NCBI GenBank assembly: GCA_030153785.1
Contig: JASKLF010000004.1
Location: forward strand, 17,551 to 81,550
Direction of reading: 5' to 3'
Source of the DNA: a bacterium
GTDB lineage: Bacteria; Synergistota; GBS-1
DNA: 64,000 nt
Positions 9,209 through 20,929 of the stretch are shown piece after piece (the stretch's first letter is position 1; each line of letters begins with the position of its first letter). The notes below the pieces were generated by a model. It searched no databases, was not told the DNA's origin, and saw only the letters and a list, made by a program, of their open reading frames with translations. Made by a program: the position numbers and the translations under genes.

Positions 9209-10450
9209 TTGCTCGAGTTTAGCGAATTAAGCACGAAAACGTTGTCGGAATTACAATCCATAGCAAAGGAGATGGGAGTTACAGGTTATTCTCGCCTCAG
9301 GAAGCAAGAAGTGATTTTTGAGATTCTTAGAGCCAAAGCAAAGAATAAAGGTCTTCTTTTTGGAGGGGGAATCCTTGAAATAGTTCCAGAAGGTATAGGT
9401 TTTTTAAGAACCAACGGATATCTTCCAGGTCCCTCGGATGTTTATGTTTCTGCTTCTCAGATAAAAAGGTTTAATCTGAGGACAGGTGATATAGTTTGGG
9501 GACAAACTCGTCCTCCTAAAGAGCAGGAACATTATTACTCTTTGTTAAGGGTTGAGGTAGTGAACTTCGAGGATCCAGAAAAGGCAAGAAATAGACCGTA
9601 TTTTGATGAACTTACTCCAATTTACCCATGTGAAAAGTTTAAACTTGAAAGTGATCCTACGGAGATATCAACCCGCCTGGTTGATCTTTTCGTTCCCATA
9701 GGTAAAGGACAAAGGGGGCTTATCGTTTCTCCACCTAAAGCTGGAAAAACTACCCTTTTGAAGAATATAGCGAATAGCATAACTGCAAATCATCCAGAGG
9801 TATTCCTTATAGTTTTGCTTATTGATGAGAGGCCTGAGGAAGTCACTGATATGCAAAGATCTGTCAAGGGAGAGGTTGTGAGTTCTACCTTCGATAGGCC
9901 TGTCCATGAACATCTTAAGGTTGCAGAACTTGTTTTGGAAAAAGCTAAGAGATTGGTAGAATATGGAAAAGATGTCGTAATTCTTTTAGATAGTTTAACT
10001 CGGTTGGCTAGAGCTTATAATTTAACCGTTCCTCCGAGTGGTAGAACTTTATCTGGAGGAATGGATTCTGTGGCTATTCACTATCCTAAGAGGTTTTTGG
10101 GAGCGGCTAGAAACATAGAGGAAGGCGGAAGCTTGACTATAATAGCTACAGCCTTAATAGATACAGGAAGCAGAATGGATGACTTGATTTATGAGGAGTT
10201 CAAGGGAACGGGGAACATGGAAATCCATCTGAGCAGAAAACTCGCTGAACAGAGGATTTTCCCTGCCATAGATTTGAAAAAATCTGGAACTCGTAAGGAA
10301 GAGCTTTTATTGCCTGAGGAGGACTTACAGAAGATATGGCTTTTAAGAAGAAGAACAGCTAATCTTGATGAAGCAGAGGTTTTACAGCTTCTCATTAAAA
10401 AGCTTCAAGAGACGAAAAGTAATGCCGAGTTTCTTAAGGCAATCAAATAG
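9209..10450 (+). CDS. rho: Transcription termination factor Rho
   Basis: [44 protein letters not shown]. Confidence 0.98.
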   Translation: MLEFSELSTKTLSELQSIAKEMGVTGYSRLRKQEVIFEILRAKAKNKGLLFGGGILEIVPEGIGFLRTNGYLPGPSDVYVSASQIKRFNLRTGDIVWGQTRPPKEQEHYYSLLRVEVVNFEDPEKARNRPYFDELTPIYPCEKFKLESDPTEISTRLVDLFVPIGKGQRGLIVSPPKAGKTTLLKNIANSITANHPEVFLIVLLIDERPEEVTDMQRSVKGEVVSSTFDRPVHEHLKVAELVLEKAKRLVEYGKDVVILLDSLTRLARAYNLTVPPSGRTLSGGMDSVAIHYPKRFLGAARNIEEGGSLTIIATALIDTGSRMDDLIYEEFKGTGNMEIHLSRKLAEQRIFPAIDLKKSGTRKEELLLPEEDLQKIWLLRRRTANLDEAEVLQLLIKKLQETKSNAEFLKAIK

Positions 10451-10460
10451 GGGGGTGCTT

Positions 10461-11669
10461 TTGAGGTTTTCCTTCTCAAAGTTTGTGTTTTTGGTGTTAG
10501 GGGTTTCCTTTATGTTTTTTTTCTTGGCGTGGAAGGAATGTGGGACTTTATGGTTGATTAAGCGGGAGTTTTATGAGGAAACAAGATACGATTTTGAGAA
10601 GGAGCAATTAAGGGCTAGCAGAAGAGAGAGGCTTTATTCTTATTATGAATTGGCAACTTCCGATATGCGTATGGTGCTTGGTTCTTCAGCGGAGGGTTCC
10701 CTGGAAATTCCTCCCCTTCCGGAGATTAAGAAAATCCCATTCGTGGCTTATAGAATCGATGGAGTAATTGGTAGGGGGCTAAGTTTAGCTATTTCAGTTG
10801 ATAGGCTTGGCAAGCTATTTGCTTTAGGGGTTAACTCCTATTTGGGCGTAAAAGTCCCAAGTGGGGGGAAGCTGTTTTTGGAAATTGAAGGTGAAGTCCT
10901 TGCCAAAGAAAAGGAAAACCCGCTTAGGGTTGTTACCTATGTTGTTAAGCCGGGAGATACGTTGTGGGATATATCTAAAAAATTTAATATTTCAATTGAT
11001 ACTATAATAAGTGCGAATGAGCTTAAAAATCTGGACCTTCTGAAAATAGGCCAGGTATTGAAAATACCTAATGTGTCTGGGGTATTTCATAAAGTTAAAG
11101 CTGGAGATAGCTTATACGAGATTGCCAAGCTTTATAAGGCAGACATCAAGGAAATAGAAAAATATAACATAGATAAGGACTTGAAAACCTTAAAAGTGGG
11201 GACGTTAATTTTTGTTCCTGGCGGGAAACTCCCAGAAAAACCGAATCCTTCGCGGCCTCGTTGGCTTGCCTCTCGTGGAACTTCACGGACATTTATGTGG
11301 CCTTTAAGGGGGAGAATTACGTCACGATTTGGTTGGAGGCGGGATCCATTGTCAAGACGAAGGGAGTTTCATACCGGTTTAGATATTGCTGCTGAAAGGG
11401 GGGCGTATATAAGGGCTTCTCGTAGTGGCAAAGTTGTTTACGCAGGATGGCGGTCGGGATATGGGCTCTTGATAGTTATAGATCATGGTGGTGGATGGGA
11501 GACTTATTACGCTCATTGTAGCCGTGTAAATGTTAGGAAGGGACAGTATGTAAGGCGAGGAGAAGTAATTGGTAGAGTTGGAAGTACAGGTAGAACTACA
11601 GGTCCTCATTTGCATTTTGAAGTGAGGAAAGGTGGTAGACCCTTGAACCCCTTATGTTATCTTCGTTGA
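10461..11669 (+). CDS. LysM-domain M23 family peptidoglycan endopeptidase
   Basis: N-terminal TM, two LysM repeats (YVVKPGDTLWDIS; HKVKAGDSLYEIA), M23 motifs HTGLD, YAH and TGPHLHFE. Start moved to TTG 10461 after the GGGGGT SD. Confidence 0.9.
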   Translation: MRFSFSKFVFLVLGVSFMFFFLAWKECGTLWLIKREFYEETRYDFEKEQLRASRRERLYSYYELATSDMRMVLGSSAEGSLEIPPLPEIKKIPFVAYRIDGVIGRGLSLAISVDRLGKLFALGVNSYLGVKVPSGGKLFLEIEGEVLAKEKENPLRVVTYVVKPGDTLWDISKKFNISIDTIISANELKNLDLLKIGQVLKIPNVSGVFHKVKAGDSLYEIAKLYKADIKEIEKYNIDKDLKTLKVGTLIFVPGGKLPEKPNPSRPRWLASRGTSRTFMWPLRGRITSRFGWRRDPLSRRREFHTGLDIAAERGAYIRASRSGKVVYAGWRSGYGLLIVIDHGGGWETYYAHCSRVNVRKGQYVRRGEVIGRVGSTGRTTGPHLHFEVRKGGRPLNPLCYLR

Positions 11670-11683
11670 GGGTGGTTTTGAAC

Positions 11684-12130
11684 ATGGGAGAATGGGAACG
11701 TTTACTTAAGAGCCTTAGTGAAGAAGTCGAGAGTGCTAAAGTTTTAGAGTTGTTAGATGCCATTAAGCCTTTTGCTAATGAAGAACAAGTTAAAGAGAAA
11801 GTTGTTGAACTTTTACTTAATTCAAGTGATAGACTGGTCAGAATAAAGGCCACAGAAGTTCTTGAAGAGTTAACTTCTGCTGATGGTAGGGTGGTAGATG
11901 TGCTTATAACCTCTCTTTTGAATGATCCAGACGCTTTCGTTAGAGGATTTTCTGCCAAGGTGTTGGGAAAGCTTGGTGATGTTCGTGCGATAGATTTTCT
12001 AAAAAAAGCTCAAGAAGATGAAGATGGGTTTGTCAGGCATTATGCTTCCGAGGCTCTGAAAGTCCTTGAGATGAAGGGTAGACTATTAAGCATTATACAG
12101 AAAGCGAAAGGAGGATTAGTGAGTGGCTAA
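11684..12130 (+). CDS. HEAT/PBS-lyase repeat protein
   Basis: Repeated D..VR..A...L(G) units; ATG at 11684 follows GAGGGTGG. Confidence 0.8.
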   Translation: MGEWERLLKSLSEEVESAKVLELLDAIKPFANEEQVKEKVVELLLNSSDRLVRIKATEVLEELTSADGRVVDVLITSLLNDPDAFVRGFSAKVLGKLGDVRAIDFLKKAQEDEDGFVRHYASEALKVLEMKGRLLSIIQKAKGGLVSG

Positions 12131-13727
12131 ATATATATTTGTTACTGGTGGAGTTTGCTCATCTTTGGGTAAAGGGATAACCGTTTCTTCTATAGGAGCC
12201 ATACTTAAGGCGCGGGGATTTAACGTGAGTGCTTTGAAATTTGATCCTTATTTGAACGTGGATGCGGGTACAATGAATCCCTATCAACACGGTGAGGTTT
12301 TTGTCACGGAGGACGGAGCCGAAACTGACCTCGACCTGGGGCATTATGAAAGATTTATGGATGTATATCTTACTTCAGACCATAATGTTACGGCAGGTAA
12401 AGTTTATCAATCGGTCATTCTAAAAGAGAGAGAAGGTAGATTTCTTGGTGCTACGGTTCAAGTTATCCCCCATGTCACAGATGAGATAAAAAACAGGATA
12501 AGAAAAGTAGCGAAAGGGCTTGATGTCTTGATTGTCGAAGTGGGAGGAACGGTGGGAGATATAGAGGGGCTTCCTTTTTTAGAAGCGATAAGACAATTGC
12601 GGGTTGAGGAAGGATTTGAAAACACGCTTTATGTTCACGTTACGCTTGTCCCTTATTTAAAAACTGCTGGGGAAACTAAAACGAAGCCTACACAACATAG
12701 TGTAAACGAGCTTCGAAGAATAGGTATTCAGCCGGATATATTGGTATGTAGGACCGAACGAGCGTTATCTGAAGAGGCTATTAAGAAGATAGCTCTCTTC
12801 TCAAATCTTCCTGTTAGTGCGGTCATAGAAGCAAGGGATGCGAGACTAATTTATGAAGTTCCGTTAAATCTGGAGAATAAAGGATTGGGAAACTTAATTT
12901 GTAGGAAGCTTGGCCTCCCAGCTGTAAATCCGAATTTGACAGTTTTTGCTGAGTTCTTGGAATCGTGGCTGAATCCTGTTGGGGAAGTAAATGTAGCCGT
13001 GGTTGGTAAGTATGTGAAACATAAAGATGCCTATATAAGCGTTGCAGAGGCTTTAATGCATGCGGCCGTTTATTGGAAAAGGAAGTTAAACCTTCGTTGG
13101 ATAGATGCTGAGGAGATAAAGGAAGGGACTGAGGAGAAATACTTAAGCGGTGCGGATGGTATTCTTGTGCCTGGCGGATTTGGTTTCCGCGGGATAGAAG
13201 GAAAGATGAGGGCTATTAAGTATGCACGAGAGAATAAAATACCGTTTTTAGGGTTATGCTTCGGAATGCAGTGTGCTGTAATAGAATTTGCAAGAAACGT
13301 ATGTGGTTTGTCTGGTGCCAATACTACGGAAGTAGATCCTGCTACTCCTCATCCTGTTATTGATCTCTTGCCTGAGCAAAGAAAGCTTAAAGATTTAGGG
13401 GGAACTATGAGATTGGGAAGTTACCCATGTAGGTTGCTAAGGGAAAGCAAATCATTTCTTGCATATGGTGAGGAACTCATCTATGAAAGGCATAGACATA
13501 GATATGAATTCAATAATGAATATAGAGAATTGTTATCTTCCAAAGGATTGAAGATTGTAGGAACTTCTCCTAATGGGAGCCTTGTGGAAATAGTAGAGCT
13601 TGATGAGCATCCTTGGTTTGTTGGTGTTCAATTTCATCCCGAGTTTAAATCAAGGCCCTATAGGCCCAATCCGTTGTTTAGGGAGTTCTTGAATGCTTGT
13701 ATAAAACAGAGGGAGGGGAGACTATGA
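12123..13727 (+). CDS. pyrG: CTP synthase
   Basis: [53 protein letters not shown]. Confidence 0.98.
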   Translation: MAKYIFVTGGVCSSLGKGITVSSIGAILKARGFNVSALKFDPYLNVDAGTMNPYQHGEVFVTEDGAETDLDLGHYERFMDVYLTSDHNVTAGKVYQSVILKEREGRFLGATVQVIPHVTDEIKNRIRKVAKGLDVLIVEVGGTVGDIEGLPFLEAIRQLRVEEGFENTLYVHVTLVPYLKTAGETKTKPTQHSVNELRRIGIQPDILVCRTERALSEEAIKKIALFSNLPVSAVIEARDARLIYEVPLNLENKGLGNLICRKLGLPAVNPNLTVFAEFLESWLNPVGEVNVAVVGKYVKHKDAYISVAEALMHAAVYWKRKLNLRWIDAEEIKEGTEEKYLSGADGILVPGGFGFRGIEGKMRAIKYARENKIPFLGLCFGMQCAVIEFARNVCGLSGANTTEVDPATPHPVIDLLPEQRKLKDLGGTMRLGSYPCRLLRESKSFLAYGEELIYERHRHRYEFNNEYRELLSSKGLKIVGTSPNGSLVEIVELDEHPWFVGVQFHPEFKSRPYRPNPLFREFLNACIKQREGRL

Positions 13728-14737
13728 GAAAAATAGTGGTAATCTTTAGCATATTGACTTTTTGGGCACTATTTTGTTCGTTTTCGATCGTAGTTGCGCA
13801 GGAATCCTTTATAAGTGACCTTGTTAAAGTGGAGAGTATTGTATACGGTGAACCGCAAAGCGGTGCTGTGCTGGAAAGATTGAATAAAATAGAGAACCTA
13901 CTTTTCGGTAGAACGTTACCGGGAACTGTGGCAGAAAGGCAAAAAAGGCTTGTGGAGTTTGTTCTTAATGGAATGGAAGGGGATTATCCTTTAACTTTTA
14001 AGATATCTTCCTTGGAGTGGCTAGTTTTGCAGGAAGTTACTTCTGGACCTTTAGCCAATAGAATAGATAAACTTGAAGAGTTGATTTTAGGAGAACGGAG
14101 AGCGGATAAGCCTGTAGCTTGGAGAGTTGAGAATTTGATGAAACTATGTGTTCCTACAGGTGAAATAAAAATGGAAGATGTAGAGTTGCCCAAGGGACAG
14201 CTAATCAAGGTTTCTCTTTTGACCCCTATGGATTCGAGGAATAATAAACCTAAGGACGAGGTTAAGTTCAGGGTAGTTGAGGATTTGGTTTTTGAGAATG
14301 TGCTTGTGATTCCAAGGGGAGCCATAGGTGTTGGTGAAATTGTTAAGGTGGAAAGAGCTGGTGCTTTTGGAAAGACTGGGAAGATAGAGGTAAGGTTCAA
14401 ATATGTAGAAAGTATAGCAGGCCAAAAGATACCTGTTTATGTTGGGGAGCGTGCGGCTGAAGAGACCAAGAAAGAAGTTGAAAGCAGAGCATGGGCAGCG
14501 ATAACAAGCTTCGTAGGGTTAGGTGTTTTTGGCCCTGTCGGGTTAGTTGCAGGAGCTTTCGTTCATGGCGCAGAAGCTAAAATTCCCGCGGGTACTAAGT
14601 TTTACTTGGAGGTTAGCGAAGATGTAAGCGTTAAGGGATTAGCTACAAGTTTTCTTAAAGAAGAAGGCAAGGAGCCTTCGGAGGTAGAGAAAGAAGGTGG
14701 AGAAGAGACAAAGGTTGAAAAAGAAAGTCAGCCCTAA
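13724..14737 (+). CDS. Exported hypothetical protein with N-terminal helical repeats and a beta-rich C-terminal region containing a Gly-rich hydrophobic hairpin
   Basis: Signal peptide MRKIVV...VVA-Q; repeated (I/L)E..(L/V)(Y/F/L)G...ER units; C-terminal [22 protein letters not shown]. Confidence 0.75.
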   Translation: MRKIVVIFSILTFWALFCSFSIVVAQESFISDLVKVESIVYGEPQSGAVLERLNKIENLLFGRTLPGTVAERQKRLVEFVLNGMEGDYPLTFKISSLEWLVLQEVTSGPLANRIDKLEELILGERRADKPVAWRVENLMKLCVPTGEIKMEDVELPKGQLIKVSLLTPMDSRNNKPKDEVKFRVVEDLVFENVLVIPRGAIGVGEIVKVERAGAFGKTGKIEVRFKYVESIAGQKIPVYVGERAAEETKKEVESRAWAAITSFVGLGVFGPVGLVAGAFVHGAEAKIPAGTKFYLEVSEDVSVKGLATSFLKEEGKEPSEVEKEGGEETKVEKESQP

Positions 14738-15917
14738 AAGTAGTTATGTTTTTCTGTTTTTCCTTTTATGTTTTTTGATAAGTGTTCATCTTTCCGATGC
14801 TTGCGCTCAAGTAGGAGATAGTAGTGCCGTTGAGCTTAAAAAAAACTTTGTCGAGTTGATGAATCGTTGGGTTGCTTTTAGGTGGGGGCTAAACTGTATA
14901 GTTTATGTCTTGTATTATGATTCTTCTATATTAGATCCTTGGATAGAGCTGAATGCTAAATTGAATGGATGGGATGATGTAGAGAAAGAGGAGTTCAAGA
15001 AGAGCGTTATGGAAGCTCTTAAAGTGGGGAAGTATTCGGCTTTTTTGGTTACCATTGAGAACTTAGGTAAAGAACCCATATCTTTGTCCCCTTTTTCTGA
15101 TAAAGTTTTTCTGGAAGACTCAAAAGGTAGGAAATACAAGGTTTCAAGTTACGAATCTCAGTTAGATTCTCCGATAACTGGTAAAGTTCAGGGATTGGTT
15201 TTCTTTCCGTTGCTTTCTGATGACGCTAGTAGGATAACTTTTAAAATGTTAGGTTTACCAGATGGGGAAGCCTCACTTTCATGGGAGTTGAAAAAGAAAG
15301 AAGCGGTAAAAGCGGTCAAGGAGGAGAAAAAAGAACTCACATGGGAACAAATTATGGCCAGTACTCCGAAAGGCAAGGAAGAAAATAAGGCAAAAAAAGA
15401 AAAGATAGAGGTTAAGGTTGTTAAGCCCAGCACCAAAGTAAAGACACCCCCAAAGCCAAACCTTCCTGAATTACCGAAATCGAAAAAGGCTTATCCACCC
15501 CAAGGGGGAAAGAGTAGTAAAGTTTTAGAACAACCCGTGTCTAACTCTACCCCGAAGATTGAGATAAATACTGATAATAAGGCGATCGTTAATGAGTTAG
15601 GGAAAAAGAAAACGGCTTCACAGATTGTTGTAGAGTTTTTAGAAGCTTGGAAATTAAAAGAGTATGAGAGGATGTATTCTATGTTAGCTTCTCCCACTCG
15701 TGAGAAAATGTCTTTAGATGAATTTAAGAAGTTGGTTGAAGAAAAACTGCCGGGTTGGCTTAAAAGCGGCGATTGGAAGATGTTACCCTCGAAAGAGAAA
15801 GACGGAGAAGCTCGTGTTAGCCTTATTTCTACCATAAAGCTCGGCTTTATAAGGTTATTGGAGAGTTACACCTTTGCCTTAACTTTAGAAAAGGAAGGGT
15901 GGAAGGTTAAATTTTAG
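14715..15917 (+). CDS. Exported hypothetical protein: unknown N-terminal domain, Pro/Lys-rich linker, NTF2-like C-terminal domain
   Basis: Signal peptide ending ACA-Q; PK-rich linker; FLEAWKLKEYERMYSMLA...EKEGWKV resembles NTF2-like domains. Confidence 0.7.
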   Translation: MKKKVSPKSSYVFLFFLLCFLISVHLSDACAQVGDSSAVELKKNFVELMNRWVAFRWGLNCIVYVLYYDSSILDPWIELNAKLNGWDDVEKEEFKKSVMEALKVGKYSAFLVTIENLGKEPISLSPFSDKVFLEDSKGRKYKVSSYESQLDSPITGKVQGLVFFPLLSDDASRITFKMLGLPDGEASLSWELKKKEAVKAVKEEKKELTWEQIMASTPKGKEENKAKKEKIEVKVVKPSTKVKTPPKPNLPELPKSKKAYPPQGGKSSKVLEQPVSNSTPKIEINTDNKAIVNELGKKKTASQIVVEFLEAWKLKEYERMYSMLASPTREKMSLDEFKKLVEEKLPGWLKSGDWKMLPSKEKDGEARVSLISTIKLGFIRLLESYTFALTLEKEGWKVKF

Positions 15918-16453
15918 GATCCAAAAAAAATTTTGTTATAATTATAATAGTTTTTTCTGGAGTTTTTGTAAGTTACCTTTTGATGCTTTCAATGGATATA
16001 AGGGAAAATCGTGTTGAAAATTTTGATGACGATACACAATTTACGATAGAGGATGTAAATTTTTTTGAATCAATGGGGAAAGACGAGACTTTAGCTATAT
16101 CTGCCAAGAAAGTTGTTAGGACTGAAAACGTTATAGATGGAGAAAAGATATTCTTGGAATTGAGAAAGGGTGATAGTGCTCTTTTAGGAGTTACAGGAAG
16201 ACGTGGTACTTATTACTTTGATAAGTTAGAGGCCATACTTGAGGGGAACGTTCGTGGAAAATTTGGTGATCTCGAGTGGGAAGCACTTCGCATGCATTGG
16301 TATGTCAAGCTTGGTGAAATTGTTTCGGAGGAAGGAGTCAGGTTTACTTTTAAAGATGGGGTTGGTAAATCGTCTAAGATGGTCATACGTCCAACTGAGG
16401 GGGTTGTGGAGTTTGTTGGAAGGGTGGAAATCAGTGTTCTTGAAAATAAGTAA
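15911..16453 (+). CDS. LptC-like LPS export beta-jellyroll protein (start uncertain)
   Basis: Beta-rich protein (LEGNV, W..K.GEIVSEEGV, G..M.I...G.V.F.G.V) directly upstream of an LptD-like gene. An in-frame N-terminal TM anchor lies upstream of the track's TTG at 15980. Confidence 0.55.
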   Translation: MLGSKKNFVIIIIVFSGVFVSYLLMLSMDIRENRVENFDDDTQFTIEDVNFFESMGKDETLAISAKKVVRTENVIDGEKIFLELRKGDSALLGVTGRRGTYYFDKLEAILEGNVRGKFGDLEWEALRMHWYVKLGEIVSEEGVRFTFKDGVGKSSKMVIRPTEGVVEFVGRVEISVLENK

Positions 16454-18125
16454 AAAGAGTCTTTTTTTGCTGTTTCTTGGTTTTATGGTTATTCCACTTC
16501 CATCCTATTGCGAAGAAGTGGCGGAAATAGAAGCTGTTAGCTTGATTTATATTCCTGAGGAGCATAAAGTTGTAGGAGAAGGTGACGTTTGCATAAAGCA
16601 TAGGGATTTTAATATACGCGCTGATAAAGTTATTTATTTAGTGGAGGAAGGAGAAATTTTTGCAGAAGCTGTATTAGGTAGGAAAGTTGAGATATCTCGT
16701 AATGGGTATAAACTTTATGGTGATAGCCTTTATTATAATCTTTTTGAAAATAAGGGTTTTATGACAGGGGCTGAGTCCAGCGCAAATGGTGTAAATCTAA
16801 AAGGCGATAGGTTAGAATTTTATATGACTGATGAAGTTCCTCCTAAAAAGTTTCTCTTTTTTAGGAGTTCCCCCAAAAAGTTAAAAAAGCCAGCTTTTGA
16901 GTTTTCCATGGTTAATGGAAGGTTTACTACCTGTAAACTTTATCGACCTTCATACTATGTAATAGGTTCGAAGATAATTCTCTACCCTGATAGAAGTATT
17001 AGGATTGTAAAGCCTACTATATTTATTGGAGAAGAAAGGTTTTTAACTTTTCCGTTTGATTATACTTTCAGTATCGAGCGTAGAGAGTTCTCCTTCGTTG
17101 CTCCTGTTTTAGGCTTCACTTCTACCCTTGGATGGTATGGGGGTTTTTCTTTCAGGAATGCCTCAACCGATTTTCCTTTTAGTATAACTTTACTTTATTC
17201 TGAAAAGCAAGATCTTGTGGGGAAAGCGAGTGGAGGTTTTGGCCTCTATGATAACTGGCGCTTTTATTTTGACTTGGAGAGATCAGAGGAGTGGCAAGAT
17301 GAAAAACTTAAGTGGAGGACGTTATTGAGGCTTGCTAAAATAAGCAAGGACTTAGATATATCCTTGTCTTATATAAAGAATAGAAAGCTTTGGGTTCTTC
17401 GGGATGATGCGGATATAAAGGCGGTTTATTCTGCTGTTCCTGAGTTGTACTTTAAATATTCTGTTAAGCCTTTTGTTCTTTTTGCTAGATGGGGGGATTA
17501 TGAGGAAGGAGGATTAAGAGAAGGCAAGCTTACTTTAGGAGGGGCTATAAATCTAAGTGAGAAAATAAAAGAAAATATCGTTTTTGATTCGACCCTTGTT
17601 TACTTAAAGGACTATTACGAAAGTGAATATGAAAGGGAGATTTTATATCACGAAGAGATTCTTAAGTGGAGCGTGGGAATGTTTACTGTAGTGGGAGGAT
17701 ATCTTGAACGTAAAGTTTCGGGGGAAACCCCATTCTATTTCGATAAGTATGAAGTGCTCCGAAAGTATCTTGTTGGAGTAGAGTACTCCTCCGATATGGC
17801 CAAATTAAAGAATTACTTTTATTATGACGACTTTAAGGATAATTGGAGAGATTTTATTGGTGAGTTTTCTTTAAACTTGGGAGCGAGAGTGTATTTTTCT
17901 ATTAAGCCTTGGTATTATCTTGATGAGGGGAATTGGCGTGAAATCGATTATAATATAGTTTACTATTTGTGTCCGTGTGGTTGTACAAGCTTGGAACTTA
18001 CATTCCATGATGACTTAAGGAAAGAAAACGATGATGTGCTTTGGCTAAAGTTTTACATTTCTTCGGCTGCCTTTTCTCTTGTTTCTGGCTCATTGCCGGA
18101 AAAGGATAGCTTGATTCCTCGCTAA
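16434..18125 (+). CDS. lptD: LptD/OstA-like outer-membrane LPS-assembly protein
   Basis: Signal peptide; N-terminal jellyroll (GEGDV.I...IRADKV, GDSLYYN); FTTC...PSY motif; aromatic-rich amphipathic beta-strands; C-terminal Cys cluster. Confidence 0.7.
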   Translation: MFLKISKKSLFLLFLGFMVIPLPSYCEEVAEIEAVSLIYIPEEHKVVGEGDVCIKHRDFNIRADKVIYLVEEGEIFAEAVLGRKVEISRNGYKLYGDSLYYNLFENKGFMTGAESSANGVNLKGDRLEFYMTDEVPPKKFLFFRSSPKKLKKPAFEFSMVNGRFTTCKLYRPSYYVIGSKIILYPDRSIRIVKPTIFIGEERFLTFPFDYTFSIERREFSFVAPVLGFTSTLGWYGGFSFRNASTDFPFSITLLYSEKQDLVGKASGGFGLYDNWRFYFDLERSEEWQDEKLKWRTLLRLAKISKDLDISLSYIKNRKLWVLRDDADIKAVYSAVPELYFKYSVKPFVLFARWGDYEEGGLREGKLTLGGAINLSEKIKENIVFDSTLVYLKDYYESEYEREILYHEEILKWSVGMFTVVGGYLERKVSGETPFYFDKYEVLRKYLVGVEYSSDMAKLKNYFYYDDFKDNWRDFIGEFSLNLGARVYFSIKPWYYLDEGNWREIDYNIVYYLCPCGCTSLELTFHDDLRKENDDVLWLKFYISSAAFSLVSGSLPEKDSLIPR

Positions 18126-18142
18126 AAGGAGTATATAATAAG

Positions 18143-19174
18143 ATGAAGTTTTTGGCGTTAGATTCTGGTAGTAAGAAATGGGGTTATGCAATCTTCCTTG
18201 GAAAGGAAGTCAAAGAGAAGGGTATAATTGGTGCCTCTAAGTTGGAAGATTTCTTGATTAGGGTCAGAATTGCTGAAAACCTTGATTTTGTGGTCGTTGG
18301 AAGGAGAAAGGGTGCTATAGAAAAGCTTAAGTCATTGGATAAAGTTGATATATTTACGGTAGACGAAATGGACACTACTATAAAGGCGCGAGATTTGTAC
18401 TTTTCTGAATTTCCCCCAAGGGGCCTACTTAATTTACTTCCGAAGGGATTAAGGCTTCCACGTAGGCCAATTGACGATTTTGCTGCCGTGATTATTGGGA
18501 GAAGGTTTTTAGAGAGTCCTTTAGGAATCTTTAAGCTCTTGGAAGAGGCTTTTTTAAAGATCGTTAGGGAAAATAGAAATATTGAGGAAGAAACTGTGTC
18601 TATCAAGAGTTTTTCGTTGGATGTTTGTGAGGGTAAAGTAGATGATGGTTATATAATAGAAGTTGAAATCGCAGGTTTTAAAGGACGTGCATTTGGTAAC
18701 GTTCGTTATAAAAGTACTGTTGTTAAGCTAAAAGATTTGATTAATAAAAGGTTAATTTCGTTTAAAAACAGGTTTCTTTTGGTAGCACTTTTAAATGCGC
18801 TTTTTTGTTTTAGTGGTGGAGTTGAGCATACTCTGCATTGTGAGAAAAATGAGCGCTCTGTTTGTGCTGAAAATCTTGTTACCATGATAACTAAGACATG
18901 GGGAAAAGTAAAGATTTGTGTAAGTGGAAATGACCCTGTCATTATTGAAAAACTAAAGAAAAGATTCAATGTTAGCTTGTTCGATAGTAATTCTGATGAA
19001 GAAAGCTTGTTGAAAAATAGCGATCTTTTCCTTGCCTTCGGTGGGTCGCTTTTTGATGGTAGACTGAGTAAGTTTTTGGCTTTAAAGAGGCCCATATTAT
19101 GTTGTGGGCCTACCATGATATCACCTTCTATAATTTTAGAGGAGATTCAAGGATATTGTCCTTTAAGCAAGTAA
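18143..19174 (+). CDS. YqgF/RuvX-like RNase H-fold domain fused to a DUF364-like Rossmann domain
   Basis: [20 protein letters not shown] and [11 protein letters not shown] (YqgF-like), then [11 protein letters not shown]...TLHC...C...GPT (DUF364-like). Confidence 0.65.
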   Translation: MKFLALDSGSKKWGYAIFLGKEVKEKGIIGASKLEDFLIRVRIAENLDFVVVGRRKGAIEKLKSLDKVDIFTVDEMDTTIKARDLYFSEFPPRGLLNLLPKGLRLPRRPIDDFAAVIIGRRFLESPLGIFKLLEEAFLKIVRENRNIEEETVSIKSFSLDVCEGKVDDGYIIEVEIAGFKGRAFGNVRYKSTVVKLKDLINKRLISFKNRFLLVALLNALFCFSGGVEHTLHCEKNERSVCAENLVTMITKTWGKVKICVSGNDPVIIEKLKKRFNVSLFDSNSDEESLLKNSDLFLAFGGSLFDGRLSKFLALKRPILCCGPTMISPSIILEEIQGYCPLSK

Positions 19175-19193
19175 TTTGGGGAGGTGTAAGGAT

Positions 19194-19412
19194 ATGAAAA
19201 AAGAGATTCATCCACCCTATGGAGAATGCACGGTAGTTTGTGCGTGTGGTAACACATGGAAAACTCGTTCTACTAAGAAATTTATAAGAGTTGAGGTGTG
19301 CTCGAGTTGCCATCCTTTTTATACTGGAAAGCAAAAGACAATTGCAGCTACAGGAAGAATAGAACAGTTCCTTAAGAAATATGGAACAAAAGATGAAGGT
19401 CAAGCTTCTTAA
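19194..19412 (+). CDS. rpmE: 50S ribosomal protein L31, Zn-binding type
   Basis: [39 protein letters not shown]. Confidence 0.97.
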   Translation: MKKEIHPPYGECTVVCACGNTWKTRSTKKFIRVEVCSSCHPFYTGKQKTIAATGRIEQFLKKYGTKDEGQAS

Positions 19413-20058
19413 TTTTACGCCAAAGCCTGACCTTACAGTTTATCTTGCAGCCAGGGTTTGTTATTCTAAGGTTGGTATAGAGGAGCTTGAAGAAGAAATT
19501 AGCGATGAAAGGGTAAAAAAACTTATAAGGAAGGTTGTTATGTCGGGTCATCACTCGGTGTTGGAGCATGCTTATTTTACTTTTGGTGTAGAGGGTGTTT
19601 CTCGAGTTACCACTCATCAGCTTGTGAGGCATAGAATAGCAAGTTACTCTCAGCAAAGCTTGCGGTGGGTTGATGCGAAGGATATGGAAGTAGTTGTTCC
19701 TCCATCCATATTGGAGAGACCAGAAGCTTTGATGCTATTCAATGAAGCCATTGAAAAAACGAGAGAGGTATACGATAAACTTTTAAGAATTGGAGTTCCT
19801 AAAGAAGATGCGAGATTTGTAATTCCTCAAGGGATCTCGTCAAAAATTGTGTTCTCTATGAATGCCAGGGAATTGCATCATTTCTTTAGGCTAAGGTTAT
19901 GTACCAGAGCTCAGTGGGAAATTAGGGAGTTAGCGCGTCTTGTTCTTGCTGAAGTAAGAAAAGTTGCACCTATAATATTTGAGAAGGTAGGTCCTCCTTG
20001 TGTTATGGAGGGGAAGTGTTTTGAAGAGAAGCCTTGTGATAGCCCTCCAAGCCTCTAA
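19393..20058 (+). CDS. thyX: FAD-dependent thymidylate synthase
   Basis: [21 protein letters not shown] (ThyX motif), EDARF, RAQWEIR. Confidence 0.96.
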   Translation: MKVKLLNFTPKPDLTVYLAARVCYSKVGIEELEEEISDERVKKLIRKVVMSGHHSVLEHAYFTFGVEGVSRVTTHQLVRHRIASYSQQSLRWVDAKDMEVVVPPSILERPEALMLFNEAIEKTREVYDKLLRIGVPKEDARFVIPQGISSKIVFSMNARELHHFFRLRLCTRAQWEIRELARLVLAEVRKVAPIIFEKVGPPCVMEGKCFEEKPCDSPPSL

Positions 20059-20929
20059 GGGTTTTTTCCTTGGGGGGCAAGCTGTTATAGAGGGGGTAGT
20101 GATAAGAAGCAAGAATAAGGTTTCTCTTGCTGTTAGAGGCAAGGGGGGAAATATAAAGGTTCGTAGTTGGAAAGTAAGACCGTATTCTGAAGTTAGTCCT
20201 ATTTTTGGTCTCCCAATAGTCCGAGGAATCGTTTCTTTGTACGATGCTATAGTGTGGGGGATAAAGACGTTATATCATTCTGCAAATGAAGTATTAGATG
20301 AAAAGGAAAACCTTTCTCTCTGGGAGTTGTCTGCAAGTATAGCTTTAGCAATAGGCTTAACGATCGGCCTTTTTATAATTTTTCCTGCTTTCGTATCGCG
20401 ACTTTTCGAACTAAAGTTTGGGTTGGGGAAGCTGAGTCTAAATCTGGTTGAGGGGTTTTTAAGAGTAGTTATCTTTATAATGTATTTGGTACTTATTGGT
20501 TTCTCGAAAGAAGTTAAGGGTGTTTTTGCCTATCATGGTGCGGAACATAAGACTATAAATGCTTATGAGACGTTAAAGACAGATCTTACACCGGATATTG
20601 TAGAGAGATTTAGCAGATTTCATTACAGATGTGGCACATCCTTTATTCTCTCTGTTTTGGTGATAAGCATTTTGTCTTTTGCTATATTTGAGCAAGATGA
20701 ATTGATAAATAGGATTTTTCTCAGGCTTGCACTTATTCCTTTTATTGCTGGAGTATCTTATGAGGTTTTAAGGTTCAGCTTTTCTTCGTCTTTTACAAAA
20801 TTTTTGGCCAAGCCTGGTTTGTGGCTTCAGTATCTTACTACTCGAGAACCTTCGAGAGAGCAGATAGAAGTTGGGATAGTGGCCTTAAAGGAGGCTTTGG
20901 GAGATGTGGGAGAGGCTAAAGAAGATTGA
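20021..20929 (+). CDS. DUF1385 (YqhQ-like) membrane protein
   Basis: [28 protein letters not shown]; typical position before prfA. Start at TTG 20021 after GGAGGGG. Confidence 0.9.
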   Translation: MKRSLVIALQASKGFFLGGQAVIEGVVIRSKNKVSLAVRGKGGNIKVRSWKVRPYSEVSPIFGLPIVRGIVSLYDAIVWGIKTLYHSANEVLDEKENLSLWELSASIALAIGLTIGLFIIFPAFVSRLFELKFGLGKLSLNLVEGFLRVVIFIMYLVLIGFSKEVKGVFAYHGAEHKTINAYETLKTDLTPDIVERFSRFHYRCGTSFILSVLVISILSFAIFEQDELINRIFLRLALIPFIAGVSYEVLRFSFSSSFTKFLAKPGLWLQYLTTREPSREQIEVGIVALKEALGDVGEAKED

